A DNA stretch of 64,000 bases from Escherichia phage vB_EcoS_HZ_ZJUN2. This document shows, piece after piece, positions 56,438 through 64,000 of this stretch. Under the pieces are notes generated by a model, which was not told the origin of the DNA, ran no database searches, and worked only from the letters and a program-made list of their open reading frames with translations. Within the stretch, counting starts at the first letter, position 1; every line of letters starts with the position of its first letter. The stretch is from sequence record PP216084; one strand, written 5' to 3'. The translations under genes were made by a program, and so were the position numbers.

Positions 56438-57084
56438 TTTATTGCTCCCTGACTTAGGAGATATTCCTCTGCCTCCTCTGGTTGAATACTGAAAAACTCA
56501 GTAGAACCGTCAAATATTGACTCTGTAAATATCTGCATACTAGAAAAGAATTGATGGGCTTTATTTTCTAGGGTATATGCAGAGCCTTCATAAGAGTATA
56601 CCCCATATATACTCAGATCCACCAAATTAGAATCTTTTTTAATCTCTTGAAGTCTTCTATCTGGGTTTTTAGATGTTCCTATTTTTGTTCCTAGCTGCGG
56701 GCTATAAAATAGATACAAATAGCTTGTAGCCGCACAGATAGGGCAAGATCTTCTAGCATTTTTAATCTTATCCACGCTGCTAACCCATCTATGTCCTTCT
56801 ACACACTCGAACTCTGCTTGACTACGGGAATTAATATAGGGAGATATAAGTTTTATACCCCTACTGGCTAGCTGTTGGTTTATTTGCTCTACAGTAAGCT
56901 TAGCTTTATTACTACAATGTGGGCAACCACTACCCTTTCTTATATTATTTAGGTAAGCTTTCCATTGGTGGCCCTTTAAGCATTTAAACATGGCTGGTGT
57001 TCTTATGTTAACCCATTCACTTACTATACTAAAGCCTCGTGACTCTAATTCTTTATTTATTTGTTTTGCTGTTAACTTTTTCAC
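56419..57084 (-). CDS. Zinc-ribbon repeat protein with C-terminal GIY-YIG-like (T5orf172-type) domain, 221 aa
   Basis: Two repeats of CxxGHxW...CPxC; C-terminal SYLYLFYSPQLGTKIGTSKNPDRRLQE resembles GIY-YIG core. Confidence 0.45.
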   Translation of the reverse strand: MKKLTAKQINKELESRGFSIVSEWVNIRTPAMFKCLKGHQWKAYLNNIRKGSGCPHCSNKAKLTVEQINQQLASRGIKLISPYINSRSQAEFECVEGHRWVSSVDKIKNARRSCPICAATSYLYLFYSPQLGTKIGTSKNPDRRLQEIKKDSNLVDLSIYGVYSYEGSAYTLENKAHQFFSSMQIFTESIFDGSTEFFSIQPEEAEEYLLSQGAIKCQEIM

Positions 57085-57131
57085 TATACTTTATATACAA
57101 CAAAGGAGAGCCGAAGCTCTCCTTTTCTTTA

Positions 57132-57422
57132 CTATTTTTTACCTACTGGCGTAGCTCTATCAAGTTCACTAGACAATGAAGTGATACGTTTTACCTTATT
57201 TACCGGGATGAATCGGAAGCTATCATTAGTACGGCTAAATACTAGAATCTCGTCGTCTTTTGGTTGGCGAATACGCTCCTGGGCGAATCGTTTACTGAGA
57301 TACTTATCAGAAAAGTCCATAGTACCTTGAAGATACGTAGTACCTTTTTGACGTAATTTCTCATAATGAAGGTAGAACTCGTTATGAGCTTCACATGCGG
57401 AGATGATTTCTTGTTTATTCAT
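57132..57422 (-). CDS. Hypothetical protein, 96 aa
   Basis: ORF in track; hairpin 57103-57126 downstream. Confidence 0.45.
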   Translation of the reverse strand: MNKQEIISACEAHNEFYLHYEKLRQKGTTYLQGTMDFSDKYLSKRFAQERIRQPKDDEILVFSRTNDSFRFIPVNKVKRITSLSSELDRATPVGKK

Positions 57423-57437
57423 GCAAAAATCCCCTTA

Positions 57438-57848
57438 TTACTTAGTGATAGCTCGGATTGCTTCTGCCAGATGAGCAGCCGCTTTACCGGTCAGTTTGTC
57501 GATAATTGCATCATCCAGAAAATCTGGTGCTAGGCCAGCATCAGAGAATGCTGAACGCAGGTCGGCATGAGCTTGGGCTTTGGAAGTACGAGAACCGCCA
57601 GAAGCTTTTTCTCCAGTAGATGCGCTAGATTTAGAAGCAGAGCCAGCAGCTTTCTTGATATACAAACCTGCTTTAGTCAGCTTCATACGAAAACCGTTCG
57701 GAGTTACACCATTTTCCTGGGCAATTTCGCTAACAATTTCCATGCTAACACCCGGACGTTCATCCTCTGGGAATTGCTCCATACGAGCAACGTATTCGGA
57801 AGACATTTTTTCGAACAGTTCATCAGTCCACTGAGTTGGAGTAGTCAT
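57438..57848 (-). CDS. Repeated-motif DNA-binding-like protein, 136 aa
   Basis: Contains EIVSEIAQENGVTPNGFRMKLTKAGL unit shared with 52881-53648 and 5371-5787; AAGGAAAT RBS. Confidence 0.5.
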   Translation of the reverse strand: MTTPTQWTDELFEKMSSEYVARMEQFPEDERPGVSMEIVSEIAQENGVTPNGFRMKLTKAGLYIKKAAGSASKSSASTGEKASGGSRTSKAQAHADLRSAFSDAGLAPDFLDDAIIDKLTGKAAAHLAEAIRAITK

Positions 57849-57904
57849 ATTTTATATTTCCTTAATTAAGAATTAAACAGAATAGTTCTTTCAAACTATG
57901 AGAA

Positions 57905-57933
57905 TATTATATCAAGAATTATAGGATTAAGCA
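57905..57933 (-). promoter_or_regulatory. T5-type early promoter (TTGCTT-17-TATAAT)
   Basis: Reverse complement; drives 57438-57848. Confidence 0.5.
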
Positions 57934-57951
57934 ACTGAAATTTTTCTGTAG

Positions 57952-58227
57952 TTACTCCACCAGGCCAACAGCGAGCATATCATCAATGCTGGCAATCTCC
58001 CAATCGTCGGCAATAGCTTCGCATACTGTTAACGTAACAACCTCACTATAGGGATAATTACCAGCTACCCAGGTATGCTGGGTAACTACATCCAAATCAG
58101 TATCCAAAGTTAATAATACTAAACCGTTATTATCGTTATTCCAACTTTTACGATATAAGGTTTTTGTTTCACCATCTTTCAGTAAATCTGTTAGTTTACT
58201 CACGGCGTTTTCCTTTTTCTTTATCAA
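57952..58227 (-). CDS. Hypothetical protein, 91 aa
   Basis: ORF in track; overlaps upstream gene end. Confidence 0.45.
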   Translation of the reverse strand: MIKKKENAVSKLTDLLKDGETKTLYRKSWNNDNNGLVLLTLDTDLDVVTQHTWVAGNYPYSEVVTLTVCEAIADDWEIASIDDMLAVGLVE

Positions 58228-58900
58228 GTTTCAGGGCAGCCTTAACAGCTTCGTTAATCAACGTAATAATTTCTTCACGAGTCCATTTATATCCCAGAGA
58301 CTTTACGTCAACCCCTAACTTTTCCAGATGTTTAACAGAAGCCAGCTCGTAATTCATATAATGGACGTTCTGTTGTTTGCCCTCTGATAGAAGCCATACA
58401 CGGTAGCAACCAACAGGATTATCCATTGCTTTTTTGATTTCACCGATACACTGGTATCCAGGAACCCAAACAAGCTCACCAACTGCAAATTCTTCTGCTA
58501 CAGCATCATCAGGAATAATTGGAGGATTCAATGGATCTACAATATCGTTCAAACGAAGTAGAGCACCGTATCGTTCCAGAACAGATTTAACCATTGCTAC
58601 AGAGCGATAATTACGATCGGCAATTTCTTCAAAAGAATCACCAGACAAATACTGCTCAATAACGTTAGCTAACTCAATGCCTTCAATGAGAGTGCCGCGT
58701 TTCTTTTTCTTCATTTCGGCAACTTGAATCTGGCGGTCTTGCCATTCTTCAATCATCCTTTCCATAGTTGGGTTGGACGATACGCCGAGCATTTCACATG
58801 CTGCTTTCTTAGTACCACCGTTCTCCAGATGCTCTATAACCTTTTTAAAGACTTCATCTGGGATTTCATGGATATGTTTCTTTCTACGAGAAACAGCCAT
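58196..58900 (-). CDS. Putative HTH DNA-binding regulator, 234 aa
   Basis: N-terminal HTH-like GTKKAACEMLGVSSNPTMERMIEE; first gene behind the PN25-like promoter. Confidence 0.5.
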   Translation of the reverse strand: MAVSRRKKHIHEIPDEVFKKVIEHLENGGTKKAACEMLGVSSNPTMERMIEEWQDRQIQVAEMKKKKRGTLIEGIELANVIEQYLSGDSFEEIADRNYRSVAMVKSVLERYGALLRLNDIVDPLNPPIIPDDAVAEEFAVGELVWVPGYQCIGEIKKAMDNPVGCYRVWLLSEGKQQNVHYMNYELASVKHLEKLGVDVKSLGYKWTREEIITLINEAVKAALKLDKEKGKRRE

Positions 58901-58931
58901 ATTTAAACTCCTCTCTCAAATTTATGAATCT

Positions 58932-58960
58932 ATTATACAGAAATTTTTTGCACTATGCAA
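58932..58960 (-). promoter_or_regulatory. Strong T5 early promoter, near-identical to PN25 core and leader
   Basis: Reverse complement reads AAATTTATTTGCAT...TTTCTGTATAATAGATTCATAAATTTGAGAGAGGAGTTT, matching my recollection of PN25. Confidence 0.7.
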
Positions 58961-58968
58961 ATAAATTT

Positions 58969-59211
58969 TTACGATTCCTTGAGCAAAGAAGCAAGTTCAG
59001 CATAGACTTTATCTAACTCAAAGCCGATGCGAAGAGACACGTTTGTTTTCCGTTGTTTAAGTAACCACTCGGATATGTTAGGGATGCCAGCTAGTCTAGC
59101 AGGAACCACCCTACATAGCTTTTCCGAAGTATCATAAACAGGAACTTTACGTTCTTTTACTGGAAACTTCCTTGTTTCCCATTTTTTATTATTCACTGTC
59201 ATTTCTAGCAC
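58969..59211 (-). CDS. Hypothetical basic protein, 80 aa
   Basis: ORF in track; overlaps the end of the 928 aa gene. Confidence 0.4.
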   Translation of the reverse strand: MLEMTVNNKKWETRKFPVKERKVPVYDTSEKLCRVVPARLAGIPNISEWLLKQRKTNVSLRIGFELDKVYAELASLLKES

Positions 59212-61975
59212 CTAGCTCTGACATTGCTTCTTCTGCCATAGCCTTCTCTTCCTCTGTCATGAATTTGAAAGGAATTGGCATACACTCGATTTTACAATAG
59301 GTTCTGTACCAGTCTACGATATTCTCCGTGTTCATATCTTTACCAATACCCATCATACCAAGATACATTCTAGCATATTTTGGGTTAGCACTCTGGCCTG
59401 TTTTAAGGAAGAAATCCTTTTTCTTACCTTTTAGAGCTTCTATGAATGGTTTAATGGTTACATTTGAACACTTCTTAATGTCTTCCCAGAACATCTCGTG
59501 CATCTTATGAAAGAATGCAGCTCGATCATTTGGTTTATCTTTGATATATTGTTCAACATGCTCAACTGTTACATCTTTAATAGACTCAAGATGATAATAG
59601 CGAACAATAAGTAGTTTAGCTTCATACGCATCAGCATGACGTGGAGCACAATAATCCGGAGTTGAATGTAGAATAGCTTTGATTCGCTCTTCCGTATACT
59701 CTTTTCCTGCACCTTCGATAGTTCCCCAGCTTTCACTGAAAATATCAATAGTTGCACCCTGATCAAGCAAGTAATAGCGTAGAGTACTAGTATAGTTTCT
59801 AGATTCCAGCTCCCTGCGACGTGCATATAGTTGCTGTGCTAACTCCAGCCAACCCTCATCAATGTTATATTGCTCAGAACCTGCGGAGAATCCACTCGTA
59901 GATTTATCAATAAAATAATAAATGTTCTGAGCGCCACGGTCGCGCCTGATTGCTTGGAAACGCATGTTTGGCGCTTGGTTTGAGGTTCTAGTGATAACGA
60001 ATACGTTATCAAAATAGTTGAAGTCAACACCACTAGTTACGGATGGACTACATAATAAGCAATCAATTTGTTGGTCAATTAGCTCATTAGTTGTGTAATC
60101 CAGGATACGTCGAATATCTACATCAGACGTAGAGTTTGAATGGATTTCCTTAACTAACGCACCCGTATTACGACGCAATGCCATGCCCTTCTCATTCAGT
60201 TCATCAGGGCCACAATCAGATACCAGAATAGATTTCTCCCCCATCTCTAGAGAAGTCTGAAGTGCAACCCAAATACTGGATTCGTCAGGGAATTCATAAG
60301 CATGAGCTTTTGATAGCATCTTACGGTGATGATTATAAAATGCTACTGGTTTATCAAAATCAATTAGAGAACCATATGCTTCAATAGTTTCGGCACTAAT
60401 ATCACCATCTGATAGAATCACAGTTTTAGCTGTCATGAGGATGTCACGTAGAACTTGAATACATTCGCGACGTTGTTTAACAACTGGGGCGAATAATAGA
60501 TCATTCATTACAGCGTCACATTCATCAATAAAGATGGTGTCTATTTGACCAATAAAACTTTTGAACTTATGCAAAGAGTGAATAGTTGTGGACATACGAT
60601 CAATAGCCCCACGTTTAAAGTTGAGCATATCTACAGACTTATCATATTGTCCTGCGCTAAATTTCTTAGCGTTTGAAGATACCAGCGCTCTAGTATTTGT
60701 AACTGCTAAAAAGTTGCCAGGAAGAACACCTGCGTCCAGCCATTTAGTTACTGCCGTAGTTTTACCAGTACCAAGACTTGCCTTAACAAAGGTTATGTGG
60801 CCTTTTGGAGGCACAATGTTAATCTTCAGGTATGGAACTTCTGGTGGAGAATCCACTTCTAATTTCTTGAGTGGAACACCCTTCAGATTTAATGGAATCT
60901 CACGTTTAGAATTATTAACAAACGCTTTGAGAGCCTGCTTACGACCGTTATTAAAGTAATCTTGAATATTACGACTGTTATCTTTAGTTGCAATATATTC
61001 AGATAAAGCGGGTTTAATCTCACGTTCTAGCCATGCGAAATCAACACCATCCTCTAATGCTCTATGGTATAGTTTAGGGATAATACGCAAGTACACCCCA
61101 TCCTCAGCTTCTTCCAATTCGCTGATAGTTTCTTCTACTTTATCAGACGCGATCTTTTTGCCTTTAATTTGGTCAAGTAAGGAATAGAATTCCTCTTTGA
61201 ACTCCCCTCTAGTTGTTTCATAGTCAACCAGATTATTAGGCAAATTTACCTTCGAACCTTTAACATACACCAGACGTGGCTTACTCTCCGCTTTAAACGG
61301 ATCAACAATACCATCACTAAATAAAGGATCGGCAAAATAATGGAGCTGGACAGATGAATAATAAGCTAAGTCGGCAATGTCAAAACCGAATTTTTGCTTA
61401 CTACTATCATTGATAGACGTAAATAAGAACTTTAACTGACCTTGAGTTACCTTGACGTTAGATTCTAGCATTAAGTGCATTCGGATACCTGGTTTTAGGC
61501 CAGCCGAAGACGATGCATGAGCAATAAATCCTGCATCAAGAGGAAACATGTCCTCACTAATACTATTCAACATCTTAATAATGTGGCGGGCCATACCTAC
61601 AAGATTAAACTTGTCGTATCCACCGGTATCTAGGATACCATCCACGTCCATAGCAATAATATTGCTATGGTTGGATACATTAAAGTTACCTTTCTTACGC
61701 CGCACGTTATTTTTAGGTGCAAGACATCGACCTCGTACCGCAACGATATGAGGGTCTGACGTTAAACGTCTCATAAGAGGTAACATTTCGGCAAGGCTTT
61801 GCGGGTCATGCTCTTCTATTACATCAAATTTGAATGGCATAGAGGCTGGTTTACCTTCTGGATGCTCTTTCGAGAATCGCTTGGCAAAGGTATAATCTTC
61901 CGCTTTGATTTCTCGCCAAATACCTGTTGCTAAATCGCGAGAAAATCCGGCGTGACCTTGAAGAATAGAAAACAC
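59189..61975 (-). CDS. Large replication protein, 928 aa; origin-binding-protein-like helicase with distinct N-terminal domain
   Basis: Walker A SLGTGKTT, Walker B IFIDECDA, helicase-C-like segment; N-terminal ~350 aa unassigned. Confidence 0.6.
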   Translation of the reverse strand: MFSILQGHAGFSRDLATGIWREIKAEDYTFAKRFSKEHPEGKPASMPFKFDVIEEHDPQSLAEMLPLMRRLTSDPHIVAVRGRCLAPKNNVRRKKGNFNVSNHSNIIAMDVDGILDTGGYDKFNLVGMARHIIKMLNSISEDMFPLDAGFIAHASSSAGLKPGIRMHLMLESNVKVTQGQLKFLFTSINDSSKQKFGFDIADLAYYSSVQLHYFADPLFSDGIVDPFKAESKPRLVYVKGSKVNLPNNLVDYETTRGEFKEEFYSLLDQIKGKKIASDKVEETISELEEAEDGVYLRIIPKLYHRALEDGVDFAWLEREIKPALSEYIATKDNSRNIQDYFNNGRKQALKAFVNNSKREIPLNLKGVPLKKLEVDSPPEVPYLKINIVPPKGHITFVKASLGTGKTTAVTKWLDAGVLPGNFLAVTNTRALVSSNAKKFSAGQYDKSVDMLNFKRGAIDRMSTTIHSLHKFKSFIGQIDTIFIDECDAVMNDLLFAPVVKQRRECIQVLRDILMTAKTVILSDGDISAETIEAYGSLIDFDKPVAFYNHHRKMLSKAHAYEFPDESSIWVALQTSLEMGEKSILVSDCGPDELNEKGMALRRNTGALVKEIHSNSTSDVDIRRILDYTTNELIDQQIDCLLCSPSVTSGVDFNYFDNVFVITRTSNQAPNMRFQAIRRDRGAQNIYYFIDKSTSGFSAGSEQYNIDEGWLELAQQLYARRRELESRNYTSTLRYYLLDQGATIDIFSESWGTIEGAGKEYTEERIKAILHSTPDYCAPRHADAYEAKLLIVRYYHLESIKDVTVEHVEQYIKDKPNDRAAFFHKMHEMFWEDIKKCSNVTIKPFIEALKGKKKDFFLKTGQSANPKYARMYLGMMGIGKDMNTENIVDWYRTYCKIECMPIPFKFMTEEEKAMAEEAMSELGARNDSE

Positions 61976-62483
61976 AACAATACTCCTGTGTTGGTTAATC
62001 GAAAATCTTTTCTTTAGGACTATTCAGAAAGAATAGAACAACTATTACTACTATTTACGTAAACATCAATTATCATCAAGCAATATGAATAAGTTATCAT
62101 ATCTCAGTGCTGTGCTCTCTTCGCTCATATACAGAATAGAACCTAGGTCATTGGCCGCTAAGCCGATTCTATTTGTCCTCACTATCCTATTGGTAGGTGA
62201 CTACTGTACGTGCCGCCATTCGCTGCTCTTTTCGTTCGCACCCCCATATAAAGCTCTGCCTATATAACGAGCTAAATATGCACGGTTTGGATTTACCTTT
62301 CCGAATTCAGGGTACACAGATCACTTAATTGAAGATTAACTAATGCAATATAAACACTAGTAATAGTTAAAACAACCCTTAATGGGGCAGCCTAACTGTT
62401 CCGTATCGCGGATTGTAAACAAGAAAAATTAGCAAAATCAATTTTTACTAATGTCTCTCAATTCAATATAAATATTATATCAA

Positions 62484-62512
62484 GATTTTGGGCATCATGC
62501 AAGTAAATTTTT
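62484..62512 (-). promoter_or_regulatory. T5-type early promoter (TTGCAT-17-TATAAT) with AT-rich UP region
   Basis: Reverse complement; fires into a ~500 nt region without a long ORF before the 928 aa gene. Confidence 0.55.
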
Positions 62513-62593
62513 CCCAAAGGTGCTATCAGTGTCTTTGAGCATAGAGAAAACCGAGCCAAAATGACTCGGTAATCAGAGTTCAGCTAATAAAAA

Positions 62594-62986
62594 TCATTTG
62601 TCATTTAGGCCTGGAACATAGATCCCAACACGGTTTAATTGTTCTTTAGCTTCTTTGAGAATATCTGGAGTGTATTCCCAAATATCATCTTCCACCTGTA
62701 AAAGATGGGGCGAACAACCGTCATCCGGCACACGACATATGGCCAAACCACGTGGATGGAATATAGAGAAGTTTAGGGCAACAATCAAGCCCATAGCAGA
62801 CAATTCATTCCAATCCAATTCCCATTCCCCGGCGTATCCAGACAGGAAAACACCAACACAGGGATCATCTGTTTGCTGCTCAGGAAAAGTGAAGGAGGCT
62901 TGTCTTACCCCCAACCAACGTTGTAGCAGCTTTTCCGCACGCTTCACCAAACTAGGGTCAATCTGACGCCAAAATACTTGTTCCAT
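62594..62986 (-). CDS. Hypothetical protein, 130 aa, paralog of 62996-63424
   Basis: Shared motifs PC[VI]G, W[EK]ELD, MGL[IV], ALN, PGL[NT]. Confidence 0.55.
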   Translation of the reverse strand: MEQVFWRQIDPSLVKRAEKLLQRWLGVRQASFTFPEQQTDDPCVGVFLSGYAGEWELDWNELSAMGLIVALNFSIFHPRGLAICRVPDDGCSPHLLQVEDDIWEYTPDILKEAKEQLNRVGIYVPGLNDK

Positions 62987-62995
62987 TCTGCCTCC

Positions 62996-63424
62996 TTAAG
63001 CAGTTAAACCTGGGATCATATACCCGAAACGTCGAAGTTTCTGAATCCCCTCATTTACTTCTTCCGGTGAGTAAGACCAACCATAACGTTCATTAACTTG
63101 AAAACCAGGAGATTCACTAGTTTTATAGTTAACAACGAGGCGATGCTTAGCAGGCATAAACAGCTTATAGTTTAACGCAAAAACTAAGCCCATTTCATCT
63201 AACTCTTTCCAGCCGACAATCTCTTCAAGACCATCCTCTACCTGAACAATTAAACCAATACAGGGAGCCTCATCAATATCATCTTTAAAGGCAAAGGAGA
63301 TTTCGTTATTCTCACACCATATTTTCAAAGAGTTAATAGCCTCATTATACAGGCTAGCCGGGAGAGTACGCCAAAAGTTAACCAAAATTGGGTTAGCTTC
63401 TTTAGAGAATACATTATTGAACAT
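62996..63424 (-). CDS. Hypothetical protein, 142 aa, paralog of 62594-62986
   Basis: Same motif set and spacing as the neighbour; tandem arrangement with 9 nt gap. Confidence 0.55.
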   Translation of the reverse strand: MFNNVFSKEANPILVNFWRTLPASLYNEAINSLKIWCENNEISFAFKDDIDEAPCIGLIVQVEDGLEEIVGWKELDEMGLVFALNYKLFMPAKHRLVVNYKTSESPGFQVNERYGWSYSPEEVNEGIQKLRRFGYMIPGLTA

Positions 63425-63426
63425 AT

Positions 63427-63933
63427 TTACACCTTAAATTGCTGTAAGGATTTACACATTTCAAGATCTGGGCTAAATTCTAGCATATAGCTAACAGCTT
63501 TTAAATCTTGAAGATTTATCCCAGTCCTACCGTTGACTATAACCGTTGGATACTGATACATCATAGCACCCGCATCATCAAGCACACACCAATGTTTGAG
63601 CTTATGCTTTTCAACGAAGCGAAGAACAGAATTACCCCTAGATAATCCACCCCCAGTAAAATCCGTTGTACCAAGAAAACGATCGATAAGACCTAATCCG
63701 GTCATAATCCGAACGTTCTCCATCTCATTTCTAACAGAGAACCAAGATGATACTCCAACAATCATTATCGGAGAAAGACGAATAAAGTCCTGAAAAGCCT
63801 TGAGAAGCGGTTTGAAAACCCAGTCACTTCCAAAGAAAATCTTTTCATCATCAGGTGCATGATGGTGGGAGATGCTCGAATTGAGCACTCCATCAATGTC
63901 CAGAAAAATAATTGGAGTATTACTTATTTCCAT
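63427..63933 (-). CDS. HAD-like hydrolase (putative phosphatase), 168 aa
   Basis: N-terminal IIFLDIDGVLNS (HAD motif I) and later VLDDAG. Confidence 0.5.
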   Translation of the reverse strand: MEISNTPIIFLDIDGVLNSSISHHHAPDDEKIFFGSDWVFKPLLKAFQDFIRLSPIMIVGVSSWFSVRNEMENVRIMTGLGLIDRFLGTTDFTGGGLSRGNSVLRFVEKHKLKHWCVLDDAGAMMYQYPTVIVNGRTGINLQDLKAVSYMLEFSPDLEMCKSLQQFKV

Positions 63934-64000
63934 TTTTGTTCCTTTCTAAGAACGTATCATACTCAACCGTATCAACATATATAACACCATAGTCATCGGA

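Noticed and set aside
61976-62590. tRNA gene
   Set aside because: Manual scan on both strands found no acceptor-stem/T-loop (GGTTCGA-type) arrangement; the T5 tRNA cluster presumably lies outside this window

Overview
This window reads as a contiguous segment of a T5-like lytic siphophage genome (Tequintavirus-type), judged from gene order, protein lengths and motifs read directly from the translations; no database search was run, so all T5 names are from recollection. Three blocks are visible. (1) 1-9200: a terminal-repeat/pre-early-like region with tandem repeats, a ~130 bp inverted-repeat pair carrying DnaA-box 9-mers (184-315 vs 3648-3780), a minus-strand block of small unknown genes (683-3381) and a plus-strand set of short cassettes including an A1-like metallophosphatase (6148-7818) and an HAD-type Dmp-like nucleotidase (8357-9091). 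(2) 9980-38760: the late morphogenesis operon on the plus strand, with a divergent llp lipoprotein / pb5 receptor-binding pair, terminase, HNH endonuclease, portal, decoration protein, protease, major capsid, neck proteins, tail tube, chaperones, tape measure, pb9, pb3, pb4, collar protein and two tail-fibre proteins with C-terminal self-cleaving chaperone domains. (3) 38795-63933: early replication and recombination genes on the minus strand (dUTPase, flap endonuclease, SbcCD-like pair, helicases, family A DNA polymerase, primase, split NAD ligase, PC4-like SSB, origin-binding-like helicase) driven by T5-type TTGCWW-17/18-TATAAT promoters, one nearly matching the classical PN25 promoter. I found no canonical defence system, CRISPR array, tRNA, integrase or transposase. 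The best candidates for undescribed biology are the inverted-repeat-flanked pre-early gene block, the modular pre-early cassettes, a repeated-motif DNA-binding protein family, a tandem paralog pair, and a possible +1 frameshift in the tail chaperone genes.
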